Source: an uncultured Micavibrio sp. (lineage in GTDB: Bacteria; Pseudomonadota; Alphaproteobacteria; Micavibrionales; UBA2020). From it: a stretch of 64,000 bases of DNA. A program made the position numbers and the translations under genes. Positions within the stretch are counted from its first letter, which is position 1, and each line of letters starts with the position of its first letter. A model generated the notes under the pieces. That model did not search any database. It saw only the letters and a program-made list of their open reading frames with translations, and had not been told where the DNA came from. Positions 49,752 to 57,982 of the stretch are shown in pieces. Location of the stretch: NCBI GenBank assembly GCA_964575605.1, contig CAZNRN010000008.1, positions 47,918-111,917 on the forward strand, read 5' to 3'.

Positions 49752-50536
49752 CCCCCGACGCACAGGAAAGAACCAAAGCCAGCTGGTGCGAAGATTTCTT
49801 CGACGACCTTTTCGCCGAACACTGCCTTGCAACCCGCACGCCAGACGAGCTGCAGGCCATCACCACCTTCCTGCAGCGTGAGCTGAAACTTGGAACCGGC
49901 GACGCCGTTTTCGACCAGTGCTGCGGCATTGGCACGCTCAGCCTTGCGCTGGCGAAGCGGGGGTTGCGCACCTTTGGCGTCGACCTTATCCCTTCCTACA
50001 TCGACACGGCAAAAAACGCGGCGGTAAAGATGCAGGCCGCCTGCACTTTCGCTGCGGCCGACGCGGCTTTCTATTGCCCACCCGTGCCCTGCGACGCCGC
50101 TATCAACTGGTGGACCAGTTTCGGTTATTTCGAGGACGACGCCGAAAACCTGAAAATGCTGAAAGCCGCGCGCCGCAGCCTGAAGCCCGGCGCGTCCTTT
50201 GCGCTTGATTACATGAACACGCCCGAACGCCTTGCGCTGATGGGCGGCAGGCCCGTGACGTCATGGCGCGCGGAAAAACCCGGCTGCGTCGTCTCCTGCG
50301 ACACCCGCATCGACGGCCGCATGCTGGTCAAGGACTGGAAATACGAAGGCGCGGATAGCAGGAAGGTTGAAAAACGCGGCGGCGGCGTCAAGCTGTACAC
50401 GCAGCAGGAACTCGAAAGCCTGCTGGAGCAGGCCGGTTTCACCGCCGTCCGCTTCTATGGCAGTGTCAAGGGCGAGGCACTGGCCGTCAACAGCCCGCGC
50501 TGCATCGCCATCGCGCAAAACGGCAGTGCGCCATGA
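49748..50536 (+). CDS. class I SAM-dependent methyltransferase
   Basis: Motif I VFDQCCGIGTLSLALA, followed by GVDL and LKPGASF. ATGA overlap on both sides. Confidence 0.8.
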   Translation: MTPDAQERTKASWCEDFFDDLFAEHCLATRTPDELQAITTFLQRELKLGTGDAVFDQCCGIGTLSLALAKRGLRTFGVDLIPSYIDTAKNAAVKMQAACTFAAADAAFYCPPVPCDAAINWWTSFGYFEDDAENLKMLKAARRSLKPGASFALDYMNTPERLALMGGRPVTSWRAEKPGCVVSCDTRIDGRMLVKDWKYEGADSRKVEKRGGGVKLYTQQELESLLEQAGFTAVRFYGSVKGEALAVNSPRCIAIAQNGSAP

Positions 50537-51354
50537 TGCTGCCCTTTCCGCAGGCAGATAACGAAACTTTCCGCCGCGCGGTCTATGCGGGCGGCATCTT
50601 CCGCATACCCGCCACCACGCTTTCGGCGACGTTGGCGGCGGAAGTGATGGAGACGATGGCCGCGTATTTTGGCGCCCCCGGGACCGCGCATGAACGATAT
50701 ACATTTGCTGATATGCAGCCCGCCATGTCCGCTGCCCGCGCGGAGCTGGCGTCGCAACAGCGCTACCGCGATATCCAGTCGCAACTGCTGGCGGCTGCGG
50801 GTTTCACGCCTGATGAGCTTGCCGTCGACGCCTTGCGCCTGCGCTGCGTAATGAATAACGGCCACCTGAACAAGGGCGCGGAACTGGCCTATACCGCCCA
50901 CCGCGATACATGGTACGGCAACCCTCAGGCACAGCTGAATTTCTGGATGGCGCTGCATGACGTGACGCCGGCGCAAAGCTTTACCTTCTATCCCTCGCTC
51001 TTCACCCGACCGGTGGCGAATACATCGCAGGGTTTCAGCTATGCGACGTGGATGGAAAAACGCGGCTGGCAAGGCGCGAAAAGCGACGCGGCGGTGGAAT
51101 ACCCCGTCGTGCTGGAACAGCCGCAAGACACTGCCGCCTTTTCCTTCACGGCCAGTGCCGGCGATATGATCGTCTTTTCGGCCGCGCAACTCCACCAAAC
51201 CGTTAAAAATTCGAGCGGCATCACGCGTTACAGCCTCGATTTCCGCGCCGTGCACCTGGGCGACCACAAGGCAGGTTTGGGCGCGCCCAATGCCGACAAC
51301 GGCTCGCAGCCCGAGGCGCTGAAGGATTACTACACGCCGGGCAGGGCGGCATGA
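50533..51354 (+). CDS. PhyH-like Fe(II)/2-oxoglutarate oxygenase-like protein
   Basis: AHRDTWY (HxD), NFWMALHDV and AGDMIVFSAAQLHQTVKNSSGITRYSLDFR (distal His plus Arg) fit the PhyH/2OG oxygenase facial triad layout. Confidence 0.6.
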   Translation: MMLPFPQADNETFRRAVYAGGIFRIPATTLSATLAAEVMETMAAYFGAPGTAHERYTFADMQPAMSAARAELASQQRYRDIQSQLLAAAGFTPDELAVDALRLRCVMNNGHLNKGAELAYTAHRDTWYGNPQAQLNFWMALHDVTPAQSFTFYPSLFTRPVANTSQGFSYATWMEKRGWQGAKSDAAVEYPVVLEQPQDTAAFSFTASAGDMIVFSAAQLHQTVKNSSGITRYSLDFRAVHLGDHKAGLGAPNADNGSQPEALKDYYTPGRAA

Positions 51355-54300
51355 AAACGCTCTGGCAGCACATGGCGCCTTCCGCGGCCATCGCCATCCG
51401 CGACAATGGCCGCGAGATCAGCTATGCCGAAATGCTCGGCCGCGCCGCCGCGCTGGGTGAAAAGCTGAAGGCACAGGGCGTTACGTCCGAAACCCCGGTT
51501 GCGCTATCGCTGGAGAAATCGGCAGAATACATCATCGCGCTGCTGGCTGTCTGGCATGCGGGCGGGGCTTTTGTCCCGCTGCCGCCATCGCTGCCGGAGG
51601 AACGCCGCAAATTTATTATCGGCGACGCGGGCATCAGGCATTTCATTTCCCGTGAAGACGTAACGGCAGAGACAGCTTCTACCGCGCCTTTCGCTGCGCA
51701 AGCCGGTGCGCTTGCCTATATCATCTATACATCGGGCTCGACGGGCAGGCCCAAGGGCGTGATGGTCGAGCACCGCGGCTTGATGAACCTGTTTTCGGCG
51801 CAGGCGAAAGCTTTCGGCATGAAGGCCGGAAGCCGCTCGCTCTTCTGCCTCTCGGTCAATTTCGACGCTTCGGTGTCGGATATCGGCGTAGCGCTCTATG
51901 CCGGCGCGATGCTGGTGATTGATGGCAGCGACAGGCCCTTGCCGCAGGTGATGCGCACCCATGCCATCACCCATATCGACATGCCGCCCGCGCTGCTGAA
52001 ATCGATGCAGCCTGCCGATATGCCCGACAGCCTTGAAACCATCATTATCGGCGGCGAGGCCTGCCCGCCCGCGACGGTGCGCGACTTTGCCCGGAAATTC
52101 CGCGTCGTCAACGTCTATGGCCCGACCGAGGCGACCGTCTGCACCAGCCTGAATATCTGCGACGCCCAAACCTGGGACAAGCCCCTGATCGGCAACCCGC
52201 TGCCCGATGTCGAGTATGCCGTTATCGACGGTGAGCTGCAAATAGGCGGCGGCATGCTGGCGCGCGGGTATGTCAACCTGCCCGCGCTGACTGCCGAAAA
52301 ATTCATTACACGCGGCGGAAAGCGATTTTACCGCACGGGCGACAGCGTGCGCGAAACGCCGCAGGGGCTTGAATTCCTCGGCCGCATCGACCGCCAGTTC
52401 AAGCTGCGCGGCCAGTTGGTGGAACCGGACGAGGTCGAGGCACAGCTGCGCAGCCATCCGCAGGTGATGAAAGCGGCCGTTATCAAACGCGGCGAACAGC
52501 TGGTCGCCTTCGTCGCGCTGTCCGATAAATCCGCCAAAGCGGGTTTGGCGGACTGGCTGGCGGCACGCTTGCCCGCCTATATGGTGCCGCAGCATTTCGA
52601 GGTCGTTTCGCGCCTGCCATTGACGGTCACCGACAAAATCGATTATGCCGCACTGGCAACCCTGCCGCTGCAGACCGATCGCGCGCGCATCGTTCCCCGT
52701 ACCGAGACCGAAAAAAAGCTCTTCGCCATCTGGCAGGCCGTATTGAAACACGGCGATTTTGGCGTGACCGACGCCTTTTACGCCGCGGGCGGGGATTCGC
52801 TGGGCATTATACGCATGGCGATGGAATCCGAGCGGCAAGGGCTGCCGCTGTCTCCAGAGTTTATCGCGCGGCACATGACTATCGAGGCACAGGCCGCACA
52901 TATGGGGCAGAACGCCAGCGCACTTTCCGCCGCATGGCTGAAAGAAGACGTTGCTTTTTCGAAAGAAGACATTCAGTTGCTGGAAAAGGCTGCGCAGCGC
53001 CCCGCTACCCCTGCAAAACTTGAAAATATCCTGCTGACCGGCGCAACGGGTTTCCTCGGCTCGCGCGTATTGTGTGAATTGCTGGCGCAGACGAAGGCCA
53101 CCGTTTACTGCCTTGTGCGCGCACCCGATGCAGCCGGCGCGTTGCAGCGCATGATCGACGCGGCGGCGAAATTCGCCGTGCCCGCGACAGACTGGTCGCG
53201 CGTAGTGCCCGTCACCGGCGACCTGACGCAGCCATGCGGCGGACTGGACGCCGCCGCATGGCAAAGCCTTGCCGATAATATTGACGCCATTTACCACTGC
53301 GCCGCCTGCGTCAATATGGTGCTGCCCTATGCCGATATGCGGGCGGCGAATACGGGCGCGGCGCTCGAACTGCTGCGCCTTGCCGCTACGGGCAAACGCA
53401 AATCGCTGCATTACGCTTCGACCCTGTCGGTTTTCGTTGCGACGGACCAGAACACCGGCACATTGCTGGAAAGCGACCGCCTTGAAAACGTCACCACCGT
53501 TTACGGCGGCTATGCCCAGACGAAATTCGCAGCGGAATGGATGCTATTGCAGGCGCCGCATGAGGCCGTGCCTGTATCGCATTACAGGTTGGGATTGATT
53601 ACCGGCGATACAGTAACGGGCGCGGCTTCGGCCACCGATTTCCTCGCGCTGTTCTTCAAGGGCGCGCGCGAGCTGGGCGCTATGCCGGAAGAGGCGTTGA
53701 AAACCCTCTCGGTCGATATCACGCCGCTCGATTACGCCGCAAAAGCGCTGGTTTCCCTCTCCCTGGGCGGCAGGCCCGATGTTTACCACATCGCAGGCAA
53801 GGGCGTGACGCTGGAGCAGCTGGTGAAGCCGCTGAACCTGCGCGCCCTGCCGAAAACCCGCTGGCTGGAGATGATGCGCAACAAGCCGCTGGGCATGGAA
53901 GAAACCGCGGCCGCCCTGTCGCTCTGCCGCATCTTCGGCGACGCGGAATTTTCGCGCCACCGCACCATGGACCTGTTTCAGGCGACCAGCGTTATCTTTG
54001 ATACCCGCAATACAGATGCCGTCCTAGATTTCACCTGCCCGCCTGCGGATGAAAAACTGATTTCGCTTTATGCCGCGCAATCGCTGAAAGGCGCGCCGCG
54101 CGTGAAAATCTGCCTTTTCGGGCCGGAGTCGACGGGCAAGTCGACGCTGGCGGAAAAGCTGGCGGGGCATTACAAGGCGGCCTTCGTGCCCGAATACGCC
54201 AAGCAGCATATCGCGGCCAATGACGGCGATATCGGCTATGACGATATCCCGAAAATCGCGGCGGGACAGGCAAAGGCGGAATCGGCTGCGAAAACCGCAC

Positions 54301-54617
54301 CGCTGCTGTTCTGTGATACCGACCTGATCACCACCACGATCTGGAGCGACTGGCTGTTCCGCGACTGCCCGCAGTGGGTGCGTGACGCGGCCGAGGCCTC
54401 GCGCTATGACCTTTATTTGCTGATGGATGTCGATACGCCCTGGGTGGCCGATATCCACCGCTACCTGCCCGAAGACCGCGCGAATTTTCTCGCCCGCTGC
54501 GAAGACGAATTGCGCGCCCGCGGACTGCGGTATATAAAGCTGTCGGGCAGCTGGGACGATAAATTCAAAAACGCCTGCGCCGAAGTCGAGAAGGTCAGAG
54601 GAGAAAAACATGCTTGA
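51351..54617 (+). CDS. NRPS-like adenylation - PCP - thioester reductase fused to a NadR-type P-loop kinase (AAA_28-like) domain
   Basis: A domain: YIIYTSGSTGRPKGV, FDASVSD, YGPTE and YRTGD. PCP: GGDSLG (~52791). R domain: LLTGATGFLGSRV (~53031) and YAQTK. C-terminal ~175 aa: ICLFGPESTGKSTLAEKLA...FCDTDLITT...LLMDVDTPWVAD, which aligns by eye with the E. coli NadR ribosylnicotinamide kinase domain. Confidence 0.85.
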   Translation: MKTLWQHMAPSAAIAIRDNGREISYAEMLGRAAALGEKLKAQGVTSETPVALSLEKSAEYIIALLAVWHAGGAFVPLPPSLPEERRKFIIGDAGIRHFISREDVTAETASTAPFAAQAGALAYIIYTSGSTGRPKGVMVEHRGLMNLFSAQAKAFGMKAGSRSLFCLSVNFDASVSDIGVALYAGAMLVIDGSDRPLPQVMRTHAITHIDMPPALLKSMQPADMPDSLETIIIGGEACPPATVRDFARKFRVVNVYGPTEATVCTSLNICDAQTWDKPLIGNPLPDVEYAVIDGELQIGGGMLARGYVNLPALTAEKFITRGGKRFYRTGDSVRETPQGLEFLGRIDRQFKLRGQLVEPDEVEAQLRSHPQVMKAAVIKRGEQLVAFVALSDKSAKAGLADWLAARLPAYMVPQHFEVVSRLPLTVTDKIDYAALATLPLQTDRARIVPRTETEKKLFAIWQAVLKHGDFGVTDAFYAAGGDSLGIIRMAMESERQGLPLSPEFIARHMTIEAQAAHMGQNASALSAAWLKEDVAFSKEDIQLLEKAAQRPATPAKLENILLTGATGFLGSRVLCELLAQTKATVYCLVRAPDAAGALQRMIDAAAKFAVPATDWSRVVPVTGDLTQPCGGLDAAAWQSLADNIDAIYHCAACVNMVLPYADMRAANTGAALELLRLAATGKRKSLHYASTLSVFVATDQNTGTLLESDRLENVTTVYGGYAQTKFAAEWMLLQAPHEAVPVSHYRLGLITGDTVTGAASATDFLALFFKGARELGAMPEEALKTLSVDITPLDYAAKALVSLSLGGRPDVYHIAGKGVTLEQLVKPLNLRALPKTRWLEMMRNKPLGMEETAAALSLCRIFGDAEFSRHRTMDLFQATSVIFDTRNTDAVLDFTCPPADEKLISLYAAQSLKGAPRVKICLFGPESTGKSTLAEKLAGHYKAAFVPEYAKQHIAANDGDIGYDDIPKIAAGQAKAESAAKTAPLLFCDTDLITTTIWSDWLFRDCPQWVRDAAEASRYDLYLLMDVDTPWVADIHRYLPEDRANFLARCEDELRARGLRYIKLSGSWDDKFKNACAEVEKVRGEKHA

Positions 54618-55716
54618 ACGCACCGCCGAAATCGTCGAGGGCATCGAAAGCGAATTCGTGGGGCACGGCCTCGCCTTCGGCAAGTTCATGCCGCCCACCA
54701 ACGGGCATATCTACTTTCTCAACTTTGCCCGGAAATCATGCCGAAAGCTGACCATCCTCGTCTGCTCGCTGCCGACCGAACCCATCCCGGGTGAGCAGCG
54801 TTACAAATGGATCAAGGAGCTGTTCCCCGACTGCAACGTCGTGCACCATTACATCGACATCCCGCAGGAGCCCAAGGGCCCCGGCGACATCGCGTTTTTC
54901 GAGACATGGCGCGACAGTATCCACAAGCACTGCCCCGGCGAAACCTTCGACGCGCTTTTCGCGTCGGAATCCTACGGCTATAACGTCGCGAAAATCATGG
55001 ATATCAAATTCGTGCCCGTCGACGTCAAGCGCGACCTGGTGCAGATATCGGGCACCGCCATGCGTGACAACCCCTTGCAGCATTGGGAACACCTGCACCC
55101 CGTCGTGCGCCCCTATTTCCTGAAGCGCATCGCCGTGGTCGGCCCTGAATCGACCGGCAAATCGATGCTGGCGAAAAACCTGGCCGCGCATTTCGGCACG
55201 GTGCATGTCGGCGAATACGCCCGCGCCATGCTGACCGATTACGCGGCGAACATCCCGGGCTTCGATGTGTCCAAACCAACGCTGCGCGATTTTTCGACCA
55301 TTGCGCGCGGGCAGGTGGCGTCGGAGGAATCTTTATCCCGTCAAGCCAACCGTTTACTGGTCTGCGACACCGAGCTTGCCACCACCGCCTATTGGGCGCG
55401 GCATTTCTTTGGGCAATGCCCGCACTGGATCGAAAAAGCGGCTGAGGCGCGGAAATACGACCTTTACATGCTGCTCGACCCCCGCGGCATCGAAAAACAC
55501 TATGCCGATGACGCACTGCGCTTTATGCCGAAGCTGGAGGACCGTATTGCCATGTTCGACTGGTGGAAGGCGGAGCTGACCCGCCGCGGCCTGCCCTATG
55601 CCGTGATATCGGGCGATGACTGGCGCGCAAGGTTCCAGCAGGCCGTCGTCGCCGTCTACCAGAATATCCCCGGCATGATTTCGGCCGAAGGCGCAAGACT
55701 TGGCAGTGCCGCCTGA
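54610..55716 (+). CDS. NadR-family bifunctional NMN adenylyltransferase / ribosylnicotinamide kinase homolog lacking the HTH domain
   Basis: FGKFMPPTNGHIYFLNFA resembles E. coli NadR FGKFYPLHTGHIYLIQRA. ISGTAMRDNP is present. The kinase domain reads VVGPESTGKSMLAKNLA...VCDTELATT. 8-nt overlap (ATGCTTGA) with the upstream gene. Confidence 0.8.
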   Translation: MLERTAEIVEGIESEFVGHGLAFGKFMPPTNGHIYFLNFARKSCRKLTILVCSLPTEPIPGEQRYKWIKELFPDCNVVHHYIDIPQEPKGPGDIAFFETWRDSIHKHCPGETFDALFASESYGYNVAKIMDIKFVPVDVKRDLVQISGTAMRDNPLQHWEHLHPVVRPYFLKRIAVVGPESTGKSMLAKNLAAHFGTVHVGEYARAMLTDYAANIPGFDVSKPTLRDFSTIARGQVASEESLSRQANRLLVCDTELATTAYWARHFFGQCPHWIEKAAEARKYDLYMLLDPRGIEKHYADDALRFMPKLEDRIAMFDWWKAELTRRGLPYAVISGDDWRARFQQAVVAVYQNIPGMISAEGARLGSAA

Positions 55717-55733
55717 ACTGCTGTAAACTGGCG

Positions 55734-56234
55734 GTGGAGGTCCCCATGCGCCAGCGCCGTTCTGCCGGAAAATTCTTTTTTCAGCGATTGCTGATTATCG
55801 GCCTTATCATCGTCTTTGGCGCGCCTGCCGCGCTGAAGGAAATGGCGACGCTGAACCCGCTCGACCCCACGGGCCGCGTCGACAGCTATCGCGCCGCAGC
55901 CGCGCCGCGCCTGCCCGACAGCCGCCGCATCCATATCCTCTATGGCGACGACCACGGCGGCGGGCACCTGCATGGCGTGAACAGGCCCTGCAAATCCGAA
56001 TTTCCCGCCGACTGGAGCGAAAAAGACATCGTGGCCTCCGTCAAGGCAATCGCCGCCAACGACAACCTCGGCTGGCAGCGGCAGAAAAACGGGAATGTGG
56101 TGGCAGACACAGTCGACCATGGCGTGAAAATCCGCGTCGTGCTGAACAGCGACCTGACCGAAATCGTCACGGCCTATCCGCTGTCGACGCCGCGCAACGC
56201 CTGCCCGGCCGCCAACGACAACGAAAAAGATTAA
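55734..56234 (+). CDS. membrane-anchored/exported EndoU_bacteria-like nuclease-domain protein
   Basis: N-terminal hydrophobic helix FFFQRLLIIGLIIVFGAPAAL. Then HILYGDDHGGGHLHG...CKSEFPADWSEKDI...GVKIRVVLNSDLTEIVTAYPL, which matches my recollection of the bacterial EndoU toxin-domain profile. The alternative ATG start is at 55746. Confidence 0.65.
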   Translation: MEVPMRQRRSAGKFFFQRLLIIGLIIVFGAPAALKEMATLNPLDPTGRVDSYRAAAAPRLPDSRRIHILYGDDHGGGHLHGVNRPCKSEFPADWSEKDIVASVKAIAANDNLGWQRQKNGNVVADTVDHGVKIRVVLNSDLTEIVTAYPLSTPRNACPAANDNEKD

Positions 56235-57241
56235 ACTTCGTCCTTATAGGGATGCGTCACGCCGTTGAAGTCGGTGACGTCGTAACCGTCTCCGTTTTCT
56301 GCGATGCGGGCGGCGCCTGCCGGCACCTTGCCGTGGCCGCCCGGGATATCCAGCATATAATGCGGCTGAGCGATGCCCGACAGCCTGCCAAGCAGCGAAG
56401 ACACCAGCGCGCGCCCCTCTTTCAGCGTCACGCGGAAGTGCGAAGTACCCGGCGCCATATCGGGATGGTGCAGGTAATAGGGCTTTACCTTCATCGCCGT
56501 AAAGGCGCGGAACAGCTGTTCCAGCACGCCCGCGTCATTATTGACGCCCTTCAGCAACGTGGATTGAGATAATAACGGTATGCCCGCCGCGATAAATTTC
56601 TGCGCCGCCGCCTTGACCGTGTCGGTCAGTTCGCGCGGATGGTTGGCGTGGAAGACGACATAGACGGCTTTATCGGACGCCAGCGCCGCGACCAGTTCAT
56701 CGGTCACGCGCGAGGGGTCGGCCACCGGCACGCGCGTGTGGTAACGCACCACCTGCACATGCTGCATTTCGTTCAGCGCCACCATGATTTCCGACAGACG
56801 CCGCGGCGACAACACAAACGGGTCGCCGCCCGTGACAATCACTTCCCAGATGGTGGGCGTGTTGCGGATATAGGCCAGCGCCTTCTGCAATTCCTCGCGG
56901 CCCAGCATCTCGCTGCCCGGTCCCACTTTTTCGCGGCGGAAACAGAAGCGGCAATAGACGGCGCAGACATGCACGGGTTTCAGCAGCACGCGGTCCGGAT
57001 AGCGGTGCACGATGCCTTTGACGGGCGAATGCGCGTCGTCGCCGATAGGGTCGGCCAGTTCGCCGGGCGTTGTTTTCAGCTCTTCGGCCGAGGGCAGGTA
57101 TTGCTTCGCAATAGGGTCGGCGGGGTCAGTGGCGTCCACCAGCTCCATCACCTCGTCCGTCACGGCCACGGCATAGCGCTCCATCACCTCTGCGAGGGGA
57201 TCGTCGGGGGAGAGCGTTTTTGCTTGAGGTTTTGTTGCCAT
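56231..57241 (-). CDS. KamA-family radical SAM lysine 2,3-aminomutase-like protein (EpmB/YjeK-like)
   Basis: CAVYCRFCFRRE (CxxxCxxC), VIVTGGDP and YYLHHPD. 336 aa. Confidence 0.85.
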   Translation of the reverse strand: MATKPQAKTLSPDDPLAEVMERYAVAVTDEVMELVDATDPADPIAKQYLPSAEELKTTPGELADPIGDDAHSPVKGIVHRYPDRVLLKPVHVCAVYCRFCFRREKVGPGSEMLGREELQKALAYIRNTPTIWEVIVTGGDPFVLSPRRLSEIMVALNEMQHVQVVRYHTRVPVADPSRVTDELVAALASDKAVYVVFHANHPRELTDTVKAAAQKFIAAGIPLLSQSTLLKGVNNDAGVLEQLFRAFTAMKVKPYYLHHPDMAPGTSHFRVTLKEGRALVSSLLGRLSGIAQPHYMLDIPGGHGKVPAGAARIAENGDGYDVTDFNGVTHPYKDEV

Positions 57242-57381
57242 GTCCCTGCTGCCAATGGCGTTATTATGTAGAGTATTCGGGCGGCAGGGTCAACCATCCC
57301 CAGCTATACCCCTGAATTTACGCTTGCAATCCATTATTTATGTAATATACTGCCCGCCACACATTCCATGGAGAGACCAGT

Positions 57382-57738
57382 ATGAAAGCAACCGAATTCG
57401 CCTATTACCTGCAGGGCTATTTTGAAATCGACGGCAACGACCGCGCGCTGACCAACGCGCAGGCGAAAAAGGTGCTGGAACGCGCCAAGCAGTCCAAGCC
57501 CGATGGCAATGCGCAGGCGCAGTCTTTCGCCGATTACACCGCGGGCGTCCTGTTCCCCGTCACGGTCGAGGACCAGTCGGACAAATTCCTCTCCACCGTC
57601 ACGCGCGAGCTGAAAACGAAACTGAACGACCTCTTCATCCACGCGATCGACCCGAACGTGCCCGGCAACCAGGAACAGCTGCGCAACACGCACCGCCCCG
57701 ACCGTCCGGGCGGCGGCCGCATTGAAGCAATGTGTTAA
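57382..57738 (+). CDS. hypothetical protein (118 aa), paralog pair member 1
   Basis: It shares an N-terminal motif with the next ORF: EF...L.GYFE.....D..L...QA. Confidence 0.55.
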   Translation: MKATEFAYYLQGYFEIDGNDRALTNAQAKKVLERAKQSKPDGNAQAQSFADYTAGVLFPVTVEDQSDKFLSTVTRELKTKLNDLFIHAIDPNVPGNQEQLRNTHRPDRPGGGRIEAMC

Positions 57739-57745
57739 TACGGCG

Positions 57746-57982
57746 ATGACCAACGCCGAATTCCGCGTCTGGCTGACAGGCTATTTCGAACTGGCCGACG
57801 GCGACACCCCGCTGAACGCGCAGCAGGCGCTGGTGATCATCAACCACCTGAACCTGGCCGAAGCGGTCGAGGGCAAGCTGGACGCGCAGAACGACAATAT
57901 CCGCAACACCCTGCGCAGCTTCATCCAGAATAATTCCGATGCCGCCGATGTCACCGCGCGCGTGCAGGGATTGCTGACGTGA
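57746..57982 (+). CDS. hypothetical protein (~79 aa), paralog pair member 2
   Basis: MTNAEFRVWLTGYFELADGDTPLNAQQALVI parallels TEFAYYLQGYFEIDGNDRALTNAQAKKV in the preceding ORF. The ORF track starts at 57722. Confidence 0.5.
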   Translation: MTNAEFRVWLTGYFELADGDTPLNAQQALVIINHLNLAEAVEGKLDAQNDNIRNTLRSFIQNNSDAADVTARVQGLLT

